From Candidatus Latescibacterota bacterium (GTDB taxonomy: Bacteria > Latescibacterota > UBA2968 > UBA8231), in contig OZ244561.1 of the NCBI GenBank assembly GCA_965217585.1, positions 1,120,001 through 1,184,000 on the forward strand: 64,000 nt of DNA, written 5' to 3'. Position 1 is the stretch's first letter; each line of letters opens with the position of its first letter. Positions 7,679 to 17,711 of the stretch are shown here, piece after piece. Both the position numbers and the translations under genes were made by a program. The notes beneath the pieces were generated by a model. The model worked only from the letters and a program-made list of their open reading frames with translations, did no database searches and was not told where the DNA came from.

Positions 7679-10459
7679 ATGAAGTACTTTGCATTTTTAT
7701 CGTTATTAGCTTTCGGCCTCGCCACATGCACAGGGCCTCAGGGTCCTGAGGGGCCGATGGGGCCTCCAGGACCCTCGGGCGAACAAGGGCTTGAAGGTGA
7801 ACAAGGGCCTGGAGGGCCTGAAGGTGAACAAGGTGAACAAGGTGAACAAGGGCCTGGAGGGCCTGAAGGTGAACAAGGTGAACAAGGTGAACAAGGGCCT
7901 GGAGGGCCTGAAGGTGAACAAGGTGAACAAGGTGAACAAGGGCCTGGAGGGCCTGAAGGTGAACAAGGTGAACAAGGTGAACAAGGGCCTGGAGGGCCTG
8001 AAGGTGAACAAGGTGAACAAGGTGAACAAGGGCTTGGAGGGCCTGAAGGACCCCAAGGACCTCAAGGTGAACAAGGTGAACAAGGGCCTGGAGGGCCTGA
8101 AGGACCCCAAGGACCTCAAGGTGAACAAGGGCCTGGAGGGCCTGGAGGGCCTGGAGGGCCTGAAGGACCCCAAGGACCTCAAGGTGAACAAGGCGAACAA
8201 GGGCCTCTAGGGCCTGAAGGTGAACAAGGCGAACAAGGGCCTGGAGGGCCTGAAGGACCCCAAGGACCTCAAGGTGAACAAGGGCCTGGAGGGCCTGGAG
8301 GGCCTGAAGGACCCCAAGGACCTCAAGGTGAACAAGGCGAACAAGGGCCTCTAGGGCCTGAAGGTGAACAAGGCGAACAAGGGCCTGGAGGGCCTGAAGG
8401 ACCCCAAGGACCTCAAGGTGAACAAGGGCCTGGAGGGCCTGGAGGGCCTGAAGGACCCCAAGGACCTCAAGGTGAACAAGGGCCTGGAGGGCCTGGAGGG
8501 CCTGAAGGACCCCAAGGACCTCAAGGTGAACAAGGCGAACAAGGGCCTCTAGGGCCTGAAGGTGAACAAGGCGAACAAGGGCCTGGAGGGCCTGAAGGTG
8601 AACAAGGACCTCAAGGTGAACAAGGTGAACAAGGGCCTGGAGGGCCTGAAGGACCCCAAGGACCTCAAGGTGAACAAGGCGAACAAGGGCCTGGAGGGCC
8701 TGAAGGACCCCAAGGACCTCAAGGTGAACAAGGCGAACAAGGGCCTGGAGGGCCTGAAGGTGAACAAGGCGAACAAGGGCCTGGAGGGCCTGAAGGACCC
8801 CAAGGACCTCAAGGTGAACAAGGGCCTGGAGGGCCTGGAGGGCCTGGAGGGCCTGAAGGACCCCAAGGACCTCAAGGTGAACAAGGCGAACAAGGGCCTC
8901 TAGGGCCTGAAGGTGAACAAGGCGAACAAGGGCCTGGAGGGCCTGAAGGACCCCAAGGACCTCAAGGCGAAGGTGAACAAGGGCCTGGAGGGCCTGAAGG
9001 ACCCCAAGGACCTCAAGGTGAACAAGGCGAACAAGGGCCTGGAGGGCCTGAAGGACCCCAAGGACCTCAAGGTGAACAAGGCGAACAAGGGCCTGGAGGG
9101 CCTGAAGGACCCCAAGGACCTCAAGGCGAAGGTGAAGGCGTACAAGGGCCTCCAGGACCCCAAGGACCTCAAGGACCTGAAGGACCCCAAGGACCCCAAG
9201 GGCCTCCAGGCGAAGGCGAACAAGGACCTGAAGGACCCCAAGGGCCTCCAGGCGAAGGCGAACAAGGGCCTGAAGGACCTCAAGGTGAACAAGGTGATCA
9301 AGGACCTCCAGGCGAAGGTGAAGGCGTACAAGGACCTGAAGGACCTCAAGGACCTCAAGGACCTCAAGGACCTCAAGGACCCCAAGGGCCTCCAGGCGAA
9401 GGCGAACAAGGGCCTGAAGGACCTCAAGGACCTCAAGGACCTCCAGGTGAACAAGGGCCTCCAGGTGAACAAGCGCCTCCAAGCGAAGGCGAACAAGCGC
9501 CTGAAGAGTCCGATTCGTCTGCGCTCGATCCGTCTGCCCCTGTCAACCTCTCCAATCACTTCCGCGACGACTGGGATCCGGCTTGGTCCCCCGACGGCAG
9601 CCGGATCGCCTTCGTTTCCAAGCGCGACGGCAATGCGGAGATTTATGTTATGGATGCGGATGGTGGCAACCCGACCCGCCTCACCAACAACAATGCCAAC
9701 GACGAATCTCCGGTTTGGTCCCCCGACGGCACCCACATCGCTTTCCTTTCCGATCGCGACGGTAGTAGGGAGATCTATGTTATGGGCGAGAATGGCGGAA
9801 CCCCGACCCGCCTCACCACTGGAACTTACGACGACTGGGCTCTGGATTGGTCGCCCGATAGTCGCCGTATCGTCTTCGTTGATGGCCGCGAGAGCAACGG
9901 CTACGGGAGCATCTGGGTGAAAAATGCAAATGGCGGCGGTGATTTCCGAATCGCATCTGGCACCAACTGGGATCCGGCTTGGTCGCCCGACGGTCGCTAT
10001 ATCGCCTACGTCAACAATTGCGACATCTATGTAGAGACTGAAGATGCTCGCAACGTGACCCGCATCTTCAACTCCTCCGGCTGTAGTATTCAATACACTA
10101 AATCTCCGGTTTGGTCGCCCAACGGTCGTCATATCGCCTTTTATTTTCATGGTCCCGGTCCCAATTTTGATATTTATGTGATGGATGCGGATGGCCAAAA
10201 TCTGACCCGTCTCACCGACAACGCGGCCGACGACGAGGCGCCGATTTGGTCACCTAACGGCCTCCACCTCGCCTTCATTTCCGACCGCGAGGGCAATTTT
10301 GATATTTATGTGATGGATGCGGATGGCGGCAACGTGACCCGTCTCACCGAACACGCAGCCGACGACGAGGCGCCGGTTTGGTCGCCCGACGGCAGCCAAA
10401 TCGCCTTCGTTTCCTTCCGCCTCGGCAATAGGGAGATCTATGTGGTAGATGTTGACTGA
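7679..10459 (+). CDS. Collagen-like lipoprotein with C-terminal TolB/PD40 beta-propeller
   Basis: AAGGAG RBS before ATG 7679 and lipobox LATC. About 580 aa of Gly-X-Y follow, then seven 'P.WSPDG..IAF.S.R.G..IY' blades. Confidence 0.9.
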   Translation: MKYFAFLSLLAFGLATCTGPQGPEGPMGPPGPSGEQGLEGEQGPGGPEGEQGEQGEQGPGGPEGEQGEQGEQGPGGPEGEQGEQGEQGPGGPEGEQGEQGEQGPGGPEGEQGEQGEQGLGGPEGPQGPQGEQGEQGPGGPEGPQGPQGEQGPGGPGGPGGPEGPQGPQGEQGEQGPLGPEGEQGEQGPGGPEGPQGPQGEQGPGGPGGPEGPQGPQGEQGEQGPLGPEGEQGEQGPGGPEGPQGPQGEQGPGGPGGPEGPQGPQGEQGPGGPGGPEGPQGPQGEQGEQGPLGPEGEQGEQGPGGPEGEQGPQGEQGEQGPGGPEGPQGPQGEQGEQGPGGPEGPQGPQGEQGEQGPGGPEGEQGEQGPGGPEGPQGPQGEQGPGGPGGPGGPEGPQGPQGEQGEQGPLGPEGEQGEQGPGGPEGPQGPQGEGEQGPGGPEGPQGPQGEQGEQGPGGPEGPQGPQGEQGEQGPGGPEGPQGPQGEGEGVQGPPGPQGPQGPEGPQGPQGPPGEGEQGPEGPQGPPGEGEQGPEGPQGEQGDQGPPGEGEGVQGPEGPQGPQGPQGPQGPQGPPGEGEQGPEGPQGPQGPPGEQGPPGEQAPPSEGEQAPEESDSSALDPSAPVNLSNHFRDDWDPAWSPDGSRIAFVSKRDGNAEIYVMDADGGNPTRLTNNNANDESPVWSPDGTHIAFLSDRDGSREIYVMGENGGTPTRLTTGTYDDWALDWSPDSRRIVFVDGRESNGYGSIWVKNANGGGDFRIASGTNWDPAWSPDGRYIAYVNNCDIYVETEDARNVTRIFNSSGCSIQYTKSPVWSPNGRHIAFYFHGPGPNFDIYVMDADGQNLTRLTDNAADDEAPIWSPNGLHLAFISDREGNFDIYVMDADGGNVTRLTEHAADDEAPVWSPDGSQIAFVSFRLGNREIYVVDVD
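7733..9475 (+). repeat. 9-bp-unit minisatellite encoding a collagen Gly-X-Y tract
   Basis: Units ggtgaacaa, gggcctgga, gggcctgaa, ggaccccaa and ggacctcaa are arranged in higher-order blocks. Confidence 0.95.
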
Positions 10460-10756
10460 GGGAGCCTAACACAGGCACCGGCCACCAAGCATCCTGTATC
10501 TTCGGAGTTAGGGCTTTACCCTCTGCTTTGAGTGCTTGGCTCAAAGCACTTTGGAGAAGACGAACGCATCGGATCCACTTCAGGTGTCACCACAACCCTG
10601 AAACCGATGCGTTCGCCTTTCCCTACCCAACCGCTCGGATCGACGAAGCCGCGCGCCAAAGTACCCGAAAGGCTATGAACAACAATACCTCGTGCATCTC
10701 GCAGCGGTTTGGTTGCTTTCGCTCACAGCGAAAAGGAGCCGTTCAGGAGTGAATAG

Positions 10757-11707
10757 ATGAAAAAACGCAGCCGAGAGCTCAGCATCTTTGGCATGTCCGC
10801 GCTCGATCTGTTCGCATCGGCGCTCGGTGCCTTCGTACTCATCACCATAGTGCTGATGCCCCTTTTTCCGAATCTGGACATGTTGGGACAGACAACGGCT
10901 GAGTTAGAACAGGCAAAGACTGAGTTGGAGCAGACAACGGCTGAGTTAGAGCAGGCAAAGGCTAAACTAGAACAGGAAAAAGCCCAATCAGAGCGGGCAA
11001 AGGCCCAATCAGAGCGGGCAAAGGCTAAACTGGAACAGGAAAAAGCCACGCTGAAACAAGAAGAGGCCGAGCTGGAGCGGGAAAAGGCCAAAGCTCCAAA
11101 AACAAAAAGTCCGCTTGAAAAACGAGTGGAGGCTTTGCAACGGGAGATAGACGACACAGCCGTTTTATTGGGCATTAAGACGAAGGCAAAGAAGTTCGTG
11201 TTCGTCATAGATATGTCGGGCAGTATTTATCATCCCGGACAGCACGATTATCGCCAGTTCATAACATTGTCCATACAAGACATGCTCGCTGCTTTTAAGT
11301 CGGAAATAGAGGTCTGTCTCATTGGTTTTCATGCCCCAAATCGGAGACCGGTGTTGCACTATTGGCCTAGAGACAAAGGTTATTTTCAAGTAAAAAAGAA
11401 CGTACAAGATCGCGTTGTAGGACAGGTAAACGACTGGATGAAATTGGTGGATGGCGTCACGCCTACACTCACCGCCTTGCTAGCGGCGATTGCACTGCAC
11501 CCCGAAGAAATCATCCTGCTAAGCGATGGTGCGCCCTCAGAAGATTGGCGCATGGTCGTGCGGACGGTAACTGCTGAAAATAAGCGTAAAATACCCATAC
11601 ATGCCGTAGCCGTTGGCAATTACACGGCGGACCGGAAGTTTATTGATTTTCTAGTGCAGTTGACAAAGCAGAATAATGGGTACGTCGTAGGAGCCAAACC
11701 GGGTTGA
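10757..11707 (+). CDS. Membrane-anchored vWA domain protein with ExbD/MotB-like TM segment and coiled-coil stalk
   Basis: N-terminal 'SALDLFASALGAFVLITIVL' has an Asp at the TM start. AELEQ heptads follow, then MIDAS 'DMSGS' and 'LLSDG.P'. Confidence 0.8.
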   Translation: MKKRSRELSIFGMSALDLFASALGAFVLITIVLMPLFPNLDMLGQTTAELEQAKTELEQTTAELEQAKAKLEQEKAQSERAKAQSERAKAKLEQEKATLKQEEAELEREKAKAPKTKSPLEKRVEALQREIDDTAVLLGIKTKAKKFVFVIDMSGSIYHPGQHDYRQFITLSIQDMLAAFKSEIEVCLIGFHAPNRRPVLHYWPRDKGYFQVKKNVQDRVVGQVNDWMKLVDGVTPTLTALLAAIALHPEEIILLSDGAPSEDWRMVVRTVTAENKRKIPIHAVAVGNYTADRKFIDFLVQLTKQNNGYVVGAKPG

Positions 11708-11752
11708 TACCGAGTTAATATGAACAAAATGTAATTGGCGAGGAGGAGTGAC

Positions 11753-12562
11753 ATGGTAAAGGTAATGCAAGAGCAACGCCTCAAAGTAAGCGTCGTCAGC
11801 CTGCTAGGAGGCATCATATCCATAGCGATTATGAGCTTTATTTTCGATCATCCCGATTCTGCGGCAGGTGCTTTCCTGTTAGATCGCCACACGGAAAATT
11901 TTCTCTACCCGTTTACGATCCAAAACGTCATGTGGCTTATGTTTTGGGTCAGCTGCGGTGAACTCTGGGTGCGGTTTAGCCAAGCCAAGCTGGAATTGGA
12001 GCAGATATCAAAACGCTATCTGCCAGAGGACGATGAGGTTGTGTTGCAGGCGCAGGATTTAGGTCCCTTTTACCAAAAGGTGCGACCCATAGAAAAGGAG
12101 CGCGCCTTCTATTTACAGCGTCTGATAGTGCGCTGTATTCTACAATTTCAGGGAAGCCGCTCCGTGAACCAAGCCAACTCGCTATTGAATTCTTCCCTCG
12201 AATTATTTCAGCACGAACTCGATCTCAAATACGCGATGTTGCGCTATCTCGTATGGCTGATACCAACGTTGGGATTTATTGGCACCATGGTGGGCATTGC
12301 GTTTGCGTTGGATTATGCGGCCACCCTTGAAGACCCACGGAGCCCGACCTTGCTGGCCGAGATCACGGGTCGGCTAGGTGTCGCGTTTTATACAACCTTG
12401 CTCTCGTTGGTCCAGTCAGTACTGTTGGTGTTTGCGCTGCACATTGTGCAAAGCCGAGAAGAGATGGCCCTAAACCAATCCGGCCAATACTGCTTGGACA
12501 ACCTAATCAACCGGCTTTACGAAAAACAAGTCGGGGGCGAGATGCCTGCACTGACGGAATAA
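11753..12562 (+). CDS. MotA/TolQ/ExbB proton channel family protein
   Basis: Motifs 'IPTLGFIGTMVGI' and 'LGVAFYTTLL', plus a GAGGAGG RBS. Confidence 0.85.
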   Translation: MVKVMQEQRLKVSVVSLLGGIISIAIMSFIFDHPDSAAGAFLLDRHTENFLYPFTIQNVMWLMFWVSCGELWVRFSQAKLELEQISKRYLPEDDEVVLQAQDLGPFYQKVRPIEKERAFYLQRLIVRCILQFQGSRSVNQANSLLNSSLELFQHELDLKYAMLRYLVWLIPTLGFIGTMVGIAFALDYAATLEDPRSPTLLAEITGRLGVAFYTTLLSLVQSVLLVFALHIVQSREEMALNQSGQYCLDNLINRLYEKQVGGEMPALTE

Positions 12563-12582
12563 CCCAAAGATAGGAGGGCACC

Positions 12583-13143
12583 ATGCCTGTTTATCGCGGA
12601 CCCGATGGCAAAATCATTGAAGAAAAAACCGTTAGGCGGAAAGAGGATACCAAACCAACGGAGGAGGCCAACAGGCCATTGCCACCGGCACCACAGGACG
12701 ACGAGGAGGAGAAGACGCGTTTGGTCGGTGGGCGGCGGCGATCAGACGAGAAGCGCACCGAAGCGGATCGCGGCATGGATGATCCGGTTGTGGGGTGGCT
12801 AGTGGTTGTCGAGGGGCCGGGCAAAGGGCGAGCCATGCAATTGGGTTATGGTTCCAATTCGCTTGGGCGCGGTGCAACCGACCGCCTCAAGCTGGATTTC
12901 GGCGACGATCAGATTTCGCGCAATGGCCATGCCGTTGTTACGTACGATCCGCGCGGCCGGAAGTTTTACGTCCAGCACGGCGGCGGCACCAACCTGACGT
13001 ATCTCGGCAATCAGCCCGTGCTCGCACCGGCTGAGTTGCCGGCGCTGAGCCACATCACTATCGGCAATACGGTTCTCCGTTTCGTTCCCCTGTGCGGTGC
13101 CGAGTTTGATTGGCAGGATACAGAAGGAAGCGAAGCGCGATGA
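12583..13143 (+). CDS. FHA domain protein
   Basis: FHA motif 'VVGWLVVVEGPGKG...LGR...D..ISR..H...TN.TY'. The N-terminus is low-complexity with Thr-containing 'EKT' motifs. Confidence 0.9.
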   Translation: MPVYRGPDGKIIEEKTVRRKEDTKPTEEANRPLPPAPQDDEEEKTRLVGGRRRSDEKRTEADRGMDDPVVGWLVVVEGPGKGRAMQLGYGSNSLGRGATDRLKLDFGDDQISRNGHAVVTYDPRGRKFYVQHGGGTNLTYLGNQPVLAPAELPALSHITIGNTVLRFVPLCGAEFDWQDTEGSEAR

Positions 13144-14048
13144 ACGAATTAGACGGGCGCTTTGCCGCGAGGCAAATCCCCGGCAAACGAGAGTATCAAG
13201 AGGATGATTACGGCCTGCTGGATGGGCGCGACCTCGGAATAGACGGTAGCGAGCACTCCATGTTGTTGGTCGCCGATGGCATGGGCGGTCATGTTGCCGG
13301 CGCGACTGCCAGTGGTCTTTTGAGCAAGACCTTTGTCGAGGCGTATCCGCAGGCTTCTGGACCCATCGTTGATCGGCTCCAGGACTGCCTCGAAGCGGCG
13401 AATAAAGCCATTGCCGATGCCATTGCCGAAAACCCTAACCTCGACAGTATGGGTTCGACCGTGGTCACGGCTGTTGTTTCAAGCGAAGGGCTGAACTGGA
13501 TTAGCGTGGGCGATTCTCCGTTGTGGTTGTTCCGCAAGGGCACATTGGAGCGTTTGAATGCAGACCACTCTATGGCTCCGATTCTTGCGGATCTCGTGGC
13601 AAAGGGGGGTATGACCGCAGAGGAAGCGGCTCAGGATCCAAGGCGGCATGCACTGCGGTCGGCGGTCATGGGCGATGACATACATCTGATTGACGTGTCG
13701 TCACATCCGGTGGCGGTCGAGAAGGGCGACCGGCTGCTATTGGCGAGCGATGGTTTGCTGACTCTCCGCAATCAGGAGATTGCGGATATCCTCAAGAAAA
13801 CGCAAGACGCGCCATTGGAGGATAGCGCCGCAGCCCTTATCCAAGCCGTGGAAGCAGCCGAATATCCCCATCAGGACAACACGACCCTCTTGTTGTACGC
13901 ACCGGTCGAGGGCATAGAATTGACTGCGGCTGCTATTGGCGAGGGGAGAGGTGCTCAGGGTAGGCCGCGATTAAAACGCTGGGGCGGACTGTTGGGGACA
14001 TTGCTATGCGTTCTCGTTTTATTGGGAGTGCTTTATTGGCTTGGGTGA
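13140..14048 (+). CDS. PP2C-family Ser/Thr protein phosphatase with C-terminal TM helix
   Basis: Motifs 'REYQED', 'VADGMGGH', 'VGDS', 'ASDGL' and 'QDNTT'. ATGA overlap with the FHA gene. Confidence 0.92.
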   Translation: MNELDGRFAARQIPGKREYQEDDYGLLDGRDLGIDGSEHSMLLVADGMGGHVAGATASGLLSKTFVEAYPQASGPIVDRLQDCLEAANKAIADAIAENPNLDSMGSTVVTAVVSSEGLNWISVGDSPLWLFRKGTLERLNADHSMAPILADLVAKGGMTAEEAAQDPRRHALRSAVMGDDIHLIDVSSHPVAVEKGDRLLLASDGLLTLRNQEIADILKKTQDAPLEDSAAALIQAVEAAEYPHQDNTTLLLYAPVEGIELTAAAIGEGRGAQGRPRLKRWGGLLGTLLCVLVLLGVLYWLG

Positions 14049-14104
14049 GGCAAAGATGCGCTGCTGAGACGATAGCACCCGTATGGGGATAGAGAAAGCC
14101 GAGT

Positions 14105-16012
14105 ATGAGTGAGGAACAACAGCATCGCTTGGCGTTGCCCCAAGGGACGCGCATACGGGAATTTGAGTTTCGCCGCGTCCTCGGCCACGGCGGATTCGGT
14201 ATGACCTACCTCGGCTGGAACGTGGCGTTGGATATTCCGGTGGCGATCAAGGAGTATCTACCCTCGGACTTGGCTACCCGTGAACAGGACCTGTCCGTCG
14301 TGCCGCAGGCACCGCGTGCGGCGTCGGATTTCCAATGGGGCTTGGAACGCTTCTTGGATGAAGCCCGAATTCTGGCGCGCTTGCAGCACCCTAACATCGT
14401 CCGCGTCCACCACTTCTTTGAAGCTCATAGTACGGCCTATATCGCGATGGACTATGTGGAGGGAGAAGACCTGTCGGCGTATCTGACGCGCAAGGGAACG
14501 CTGAGCGAAGACGAGCTTAAAGGTATTCTGTATCCGTTGCTGAGTGCCTTAGAAGTGGTGCATGAAGCAGACTTTTTGCATCGGGATATTAAGCCAAGCA
14601 ATATTATCCTGCGCGCTGAGGATGGTTCGCCGGTGTTGTTGGACTTTGGCGCGGCGCGTCAGGCGATGGGGGCCAAAAGTCGTTCGGTTACGTCGATCGT
14701 AACACCGGGGTATGCGCCGATCGAGCAGTATTCGAGCCGGGGGCGTCAAGGAGCGTGGACCGACATTTATGCGTTGGGCGGGGTGTGCTATCGGGCGTTG
14801 ACCGAGCAGACACCCGACGATGCGACCGACCGGATGCGGGATGACCCGCTGATTCCGGTATCTCAGCGGTGTGCAGGTCGGGTAAGTGGTGCGTTTTTGT
14901 CGGCGATCGATGCGGCGTTGGCGGTGAATGAGGGGGATCGTCCGCAGAGTGTTGAGGCTTGGCAGGCTGCGATGGCGGCGGACGCCAAGGAAGGGCTAGG
15001 GCGGGAGACGAGAAATGCATCATCGAATAAAAAGGAAAAAGGAAAAGGCAAGCCTAAATCGAGATCAAAGCGGTTTGCTGTGATTTTGGGTGTAGTCGCT
15101 CTCCTGATTGTGGGCGGTATAGCAATTCAGGAACAAGCCGAGTTAGAAAAACAACGGCAGGAACAAGCCGAGTTAGAACAGCAGGCCGAGTTGGAAACGC
15201 AACAGCAGGAACAAGCCGAGTTAGAACAGCAGGCCGAGTTGGAAACGCAACAGCAGGAACAAGCCGAGTTGGAAAAGGAGCGTCGAGAGCAGGCCGCGTT
15301 GGAAAAACAACGGCAAGAGCAAGCCGAGTTAGAACAGCAGGCCGAGTTGGAAAAGGAGCGTCGAGAGCAGGCCGCGTTGGAAAAACAACGGCAAGAGCAA
15401 GCCGAGTTAGAACAGCAGGCCGAGTTGGAAAAGGAGCGTCGAGAGCAGGTCGCGTTGGAAAAACAACAGCAAGAACAAACATTTGTCGCAGAAGTGGGAC
15501 GTATGCCAAATCCAGAGGGGATGAACAAAGGTGAGACCGACCTGCACATTGTAGCGAGACTGAACCTGCCCGTGCTGACTATATCCCTGCTCAACCGAGG
15601 AGCCGACATCCACGCTAAAGACAAAGATGGCTGGACGCCGCTGCATTCGGCGGCAAAGGAGAATGCTTCTGCAACAGCCGAGGTCTTGCTCAACCAAGGA
15701 GCCGACATCCACGCCAAAGACAAATTTGGCTGGACGCCCCTGCACTTGGCGGCGGCAAAGGAGAATGCTTCTGCAACAGCCGAGGTCTTGCTTAAGCATG
15801 GAGCCGACATCCACGCCAAAGACAAATTTGGCTGGACGCCCTTGCACTCGGCGGCTTCTAACAATACTTATGAGACAGCCGAGATCTTGTTGAACAAGGG
15901 GGCTAATGTCAACGCGAAGGACAATCATGGCTGGACACCGCTTTACTGGGCGGCACGTAAAAATGCTTATGAGACAGCCGAGATCTTGCGCCGTTACGGT
16001 GGTCGAGAGTGA
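14105..16012 (+). CDS. Hanks-type membrane Ser/Thr kinase with coiled-coil stalk and ankyrin repeats
   Basis: Kinase motifs GHGGFG, VAIKE, HRDIKPSN, DFG and APIE. TM 'FAVILGVVALLIVGGIAI'. Four 'DK.GWTPLH.AA'-type ankyrin repeats. Confidence 0.95.
   Translation: MSEEQQHRLALPQGTRIREFEFRRVLGHGGFGMTYLGWNVALDIPVAIKEYLPSDLATREQDLSVVPQAPRAASDFQWGLERFLDEARILARLQHPNIVRVHHFFEAHSTAYIAMDYVEGEDLSAYLTRKGTLSEDELKGILYPLLSALEVVHEADFLHRDIKPSNIILRAEDGSPVLLDFGAARQAMGAKSRSVTSIVTPGYAPIEQYSSRGRQGAWTDIYALGGVCYRALTEQTPDDATDRMRDDPLIPVSQRCAGRVSGAFLSAIDAALAVNEGDRPQSVEAWQAAMAADAKEGLGRETRNASSNKKEKGKGKPKSRSKRFAVILGVVALLIVGGIAIQEQAELEKQRQEQAELEQQAELETQQQEQAELEQQAELETQQQEQAELEKERREQAALEKQRQEQAELEQQAELEKERREQAALEKQRQEQAELEQQAELEKERREQVALEKQQQEQTFVAEVGRMPNPEGMNKGETDLHIVARLNLPVLTISLLNRGADIHAKDKDGWTPLHSAAKENASATAEVLLNQGADIHAKDKFGWTPLHLAAAKENASATAEVLLKHGADIHAKDKFGWTPLHSAASNNTYETAEILLNKGANVNAKDNHGWTPLYWAARKNAYETAEILRRYGGRE
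15127..15478 (+). repeat. Tandem repeats encoding an E/Q-rich coiled coil
   Basis: 'caagccgagttagaacagcaggccgagttggaaa' recurs. Confidence 0.85.
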
Positions 16013-16071
16013 AATAAGCTGATGCGAGCTCAGAAGATGGCTCGTCCCATCCGACCAACAGGAGGACACGC

Positions 16072-16815
16072 ATGACAGGCTCAGCGCGGGGCGACAGCGT
16101 CGTCATTCTGTTCCGGGGTGGACGCTTGCCTGGGTGGCATCAGCTCGACGAGGCGCAGCGGCGCGACTACGAGCGCCAACACGTGGACCTGATGCTGTCC
16201 GTCTCCGAACGCCACGGCCTGATCGGCATACACGGGTACCGCCTGCTGGCACCCCGCAATAGTTGGGAGCGGTTCTGGACCATCGAATTCCCGGACCTAG
16301 CCGGTGCCGAGGCTTGGATGTCGGCTGAGACGGAGCCTCCATACGGAAGCTACGGCTTCTACGACTACTCCCTCGCCCGCCGCTGGCAACCAGAAAGCCT
16401 AACCTGGCTACCCCGCAAACCCGAACCCCACGTAGCCTCCGACGCCGATCCGCACGTAATCCCACCCCTGACCGTCGATCCCTCCTCGATCGTCGTGCTC
16501 GCCTTCGGCGGCTGGCGTCGCGGCTTCGACCAAGTTGATCCCCGGACGCGCGGCGACGAGGAACGCCAGCAGCGACTGCGGGAGGTGGCCCGAGAACACG
16601 ACCTCATCCACGGAGAGGTCTTCCGACTACTCGGGACCAACACCGAAGGCGAGTTCCTCTGGATCCTAGAATTCCCCCAGCTAGCCGGTGCCGAAGCCTG
16701 GATCGAAGCCGAAAAGGCACCGCCCGCCGGGTCCTATCAGAAACGCAACTACCACCTCGCCAGATGCTGGGCACCCGAGTACTTCGCCACTTGGCCGCCG
16801 AGGACGGGCGACTGA
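16072..16815 (+). CDS. Hypothetical protein with two internal repeats (dimeric alpha-beta-barrel-like)
   Basis: AGGAGG RBS. The motif 'W..EFP.LAGAEAW..AE..PP.GSY....Y.LAR.W.PE' occurs twice. Confidence 0.65.
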   Translation: MTGSARGDSVVILFRGGRLPGWHQLDEAQRRDYERQHVDLMLSVSERHGLIGIHGYRLLAPRNSWERFWTIEFPDLAGAEAWMSAETEPPYGSYGFYDYSLARRWQPESLTWLPRKPEPHVASDADPHVIPPLTVDPSSIVVLAFGGWRRGFDQVDPRTRGDEERQQRLREVAREHDLIHGEVFRLLGTNTEGEFLWILEFPQLAGAEAWIEAEKAPPAGSYQKRNYHLARCWAPEYFATWPPRTGD

Positions 16816-16823
16816 GGAGAGTG

Positions 16824-17711
16824 ATGATGCGACTCCAACTCCTCTGCACCGGCACGCCCGCCCCGCTAGCCCACCGCGGCGGCTCCAGCTATCTCGTCCA
16901 GACGGGGGACGAGACCCTAATCTTCGACTGCGGCCCGGGATCGGTGCGACGCATGCTCGAAGCCGGCCTCGCCTTGCCCTCGATTGACCACCTGTTCCTG
17001 ACCCACCTGCACTACGACCACTGCGTTGACTTCGCCTACTTGGTGCTGACGCGTTGGGACCAAGGCGTCGGCCAGATCCCGGAACTGCGGGTGTACGGCC
17101 CGGCACCGACGGCGCACATGTCGCACCAGTTGTTCTCCGCCGATGGCGTCTTCGGCCCGGACCTAGCGGCCCGTACCGAGCACCCGGGCAGCCACTTCGT
17201 GTACGAGGCGCGCGGCGGCGTGATGCCACGGGAGAGACCCAACCCCCAAGTGCGCGAGGTCGGGCACGGAGACCGAATCGAGACCCGCGGCTGGCAGGTC
17301 GATGTGGCCGAGGTGGTGCATGTGCAGCCGCAGCTCACCTGCCTGGCCTACCGCCTGACCACACCCGGCGGCACCATCGCGTTCGGCGGCGACACGGCAC
17401 CAGTGGATCGTCTCACCGAACTGGCGAGAGGCGCGGACGTGCTGCTGCACATGTGCCACTTCATCAACGGCGTAGTCACCGACGAACGCCTGACCAATTG
17501 CTGCTCCGGCCACCTCGATGCAGCGGCCACGGCGCGGGACGCCGGCGTGAAGACGTTGGTCCTCGTTCATCTGACCGAGCAGCTGGAGACGCCCGGCGTG
17601 CGGGAGCGCGTGCTGCACGAGGTGGGAGAGGTATTCGACGGGCAGGTGATCCTCGGGCAGGACCTGCTCGAGGTGCCCCTCGGGACCATCGACACGGAGC
17701 CGGTGCGATGA
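16824..17711 (+). CDS. MBL-fold metallo-hydrolase (RNase Z/arylsulfatase-like)
   Basis: Motifs 'GTPAP', 'DCGPG', 'THLHYDH', 'GDT' and 'LVH'. Confidence 0.88.
   Translation: MMRLQLLCTGTPAPLAHRGGSSYLVQTGDETLIFDCGPGSVRRMLEAGLALPSIDHLFLTHLHYDHCVDFAYLVLTRWDQGVGQIPELRVYGPAPTAHMSHQLFSADGVFGPDLAARTEHPGSHFVYEARGGVMPRERPNPQVREVGHGDRIETRGWQVDVAEVVHVQPQLTCLAYRLTTPGGTIAFGGDTAPVDRLTELARGADVLLHMCHFINGVVTDERLTNCCSGHLDAAATARDAGVKTLVLVHLTEQLETPGVRERVLHEVGEVFDGQVILGQDLLEVPLGTIDTEPVR

Noticed and set aside
7733-9475. Possible CRISPR array or non-coding satellite
   Set aside because: There are no unique spacers, the repeats are codon-phased inside a CDS, and no cas genes are present.
7638-9920. Long alternative-frame and antisense ORFs (614 aa 'LQALVHL', 335 aa 'KDLKVNK')
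   Set aside because: These are shadows of the stop-free 9-bp collagen repeat. Only the Gly-X-Y frame has an RBS, lipobox and folded domain.
10528-10752. 74-aa ORF upstream of the vWA gene
   Set aside because: TTG start, no RBS and no recognisable features. It is more likely promoter or leader sequence.
10757-12562. Calling the pair ZorAB, MotAB or ExbBD
   Set aside because: The partner has a vWA domain rather than an OmpA-like or ExbD domain, there is no ZorA-type long tail, and no zorC/D/E, flagellar or tonB genes are adjacent.
12583-16012. T6SS regulatory module (Fha/PppA/PpkA)
   Set aside because: No T6SS structural genes are in the window, so gene symbols were not assigned.
17054-17707. 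N-terminal 218 aa of the 769-aa ORF
   Set aside because: It overlaps the MBL hydrolase in another frame and is Arg/Gly/Ala-rich noise. The real start is the ATGA-coupled ATG at 17708.
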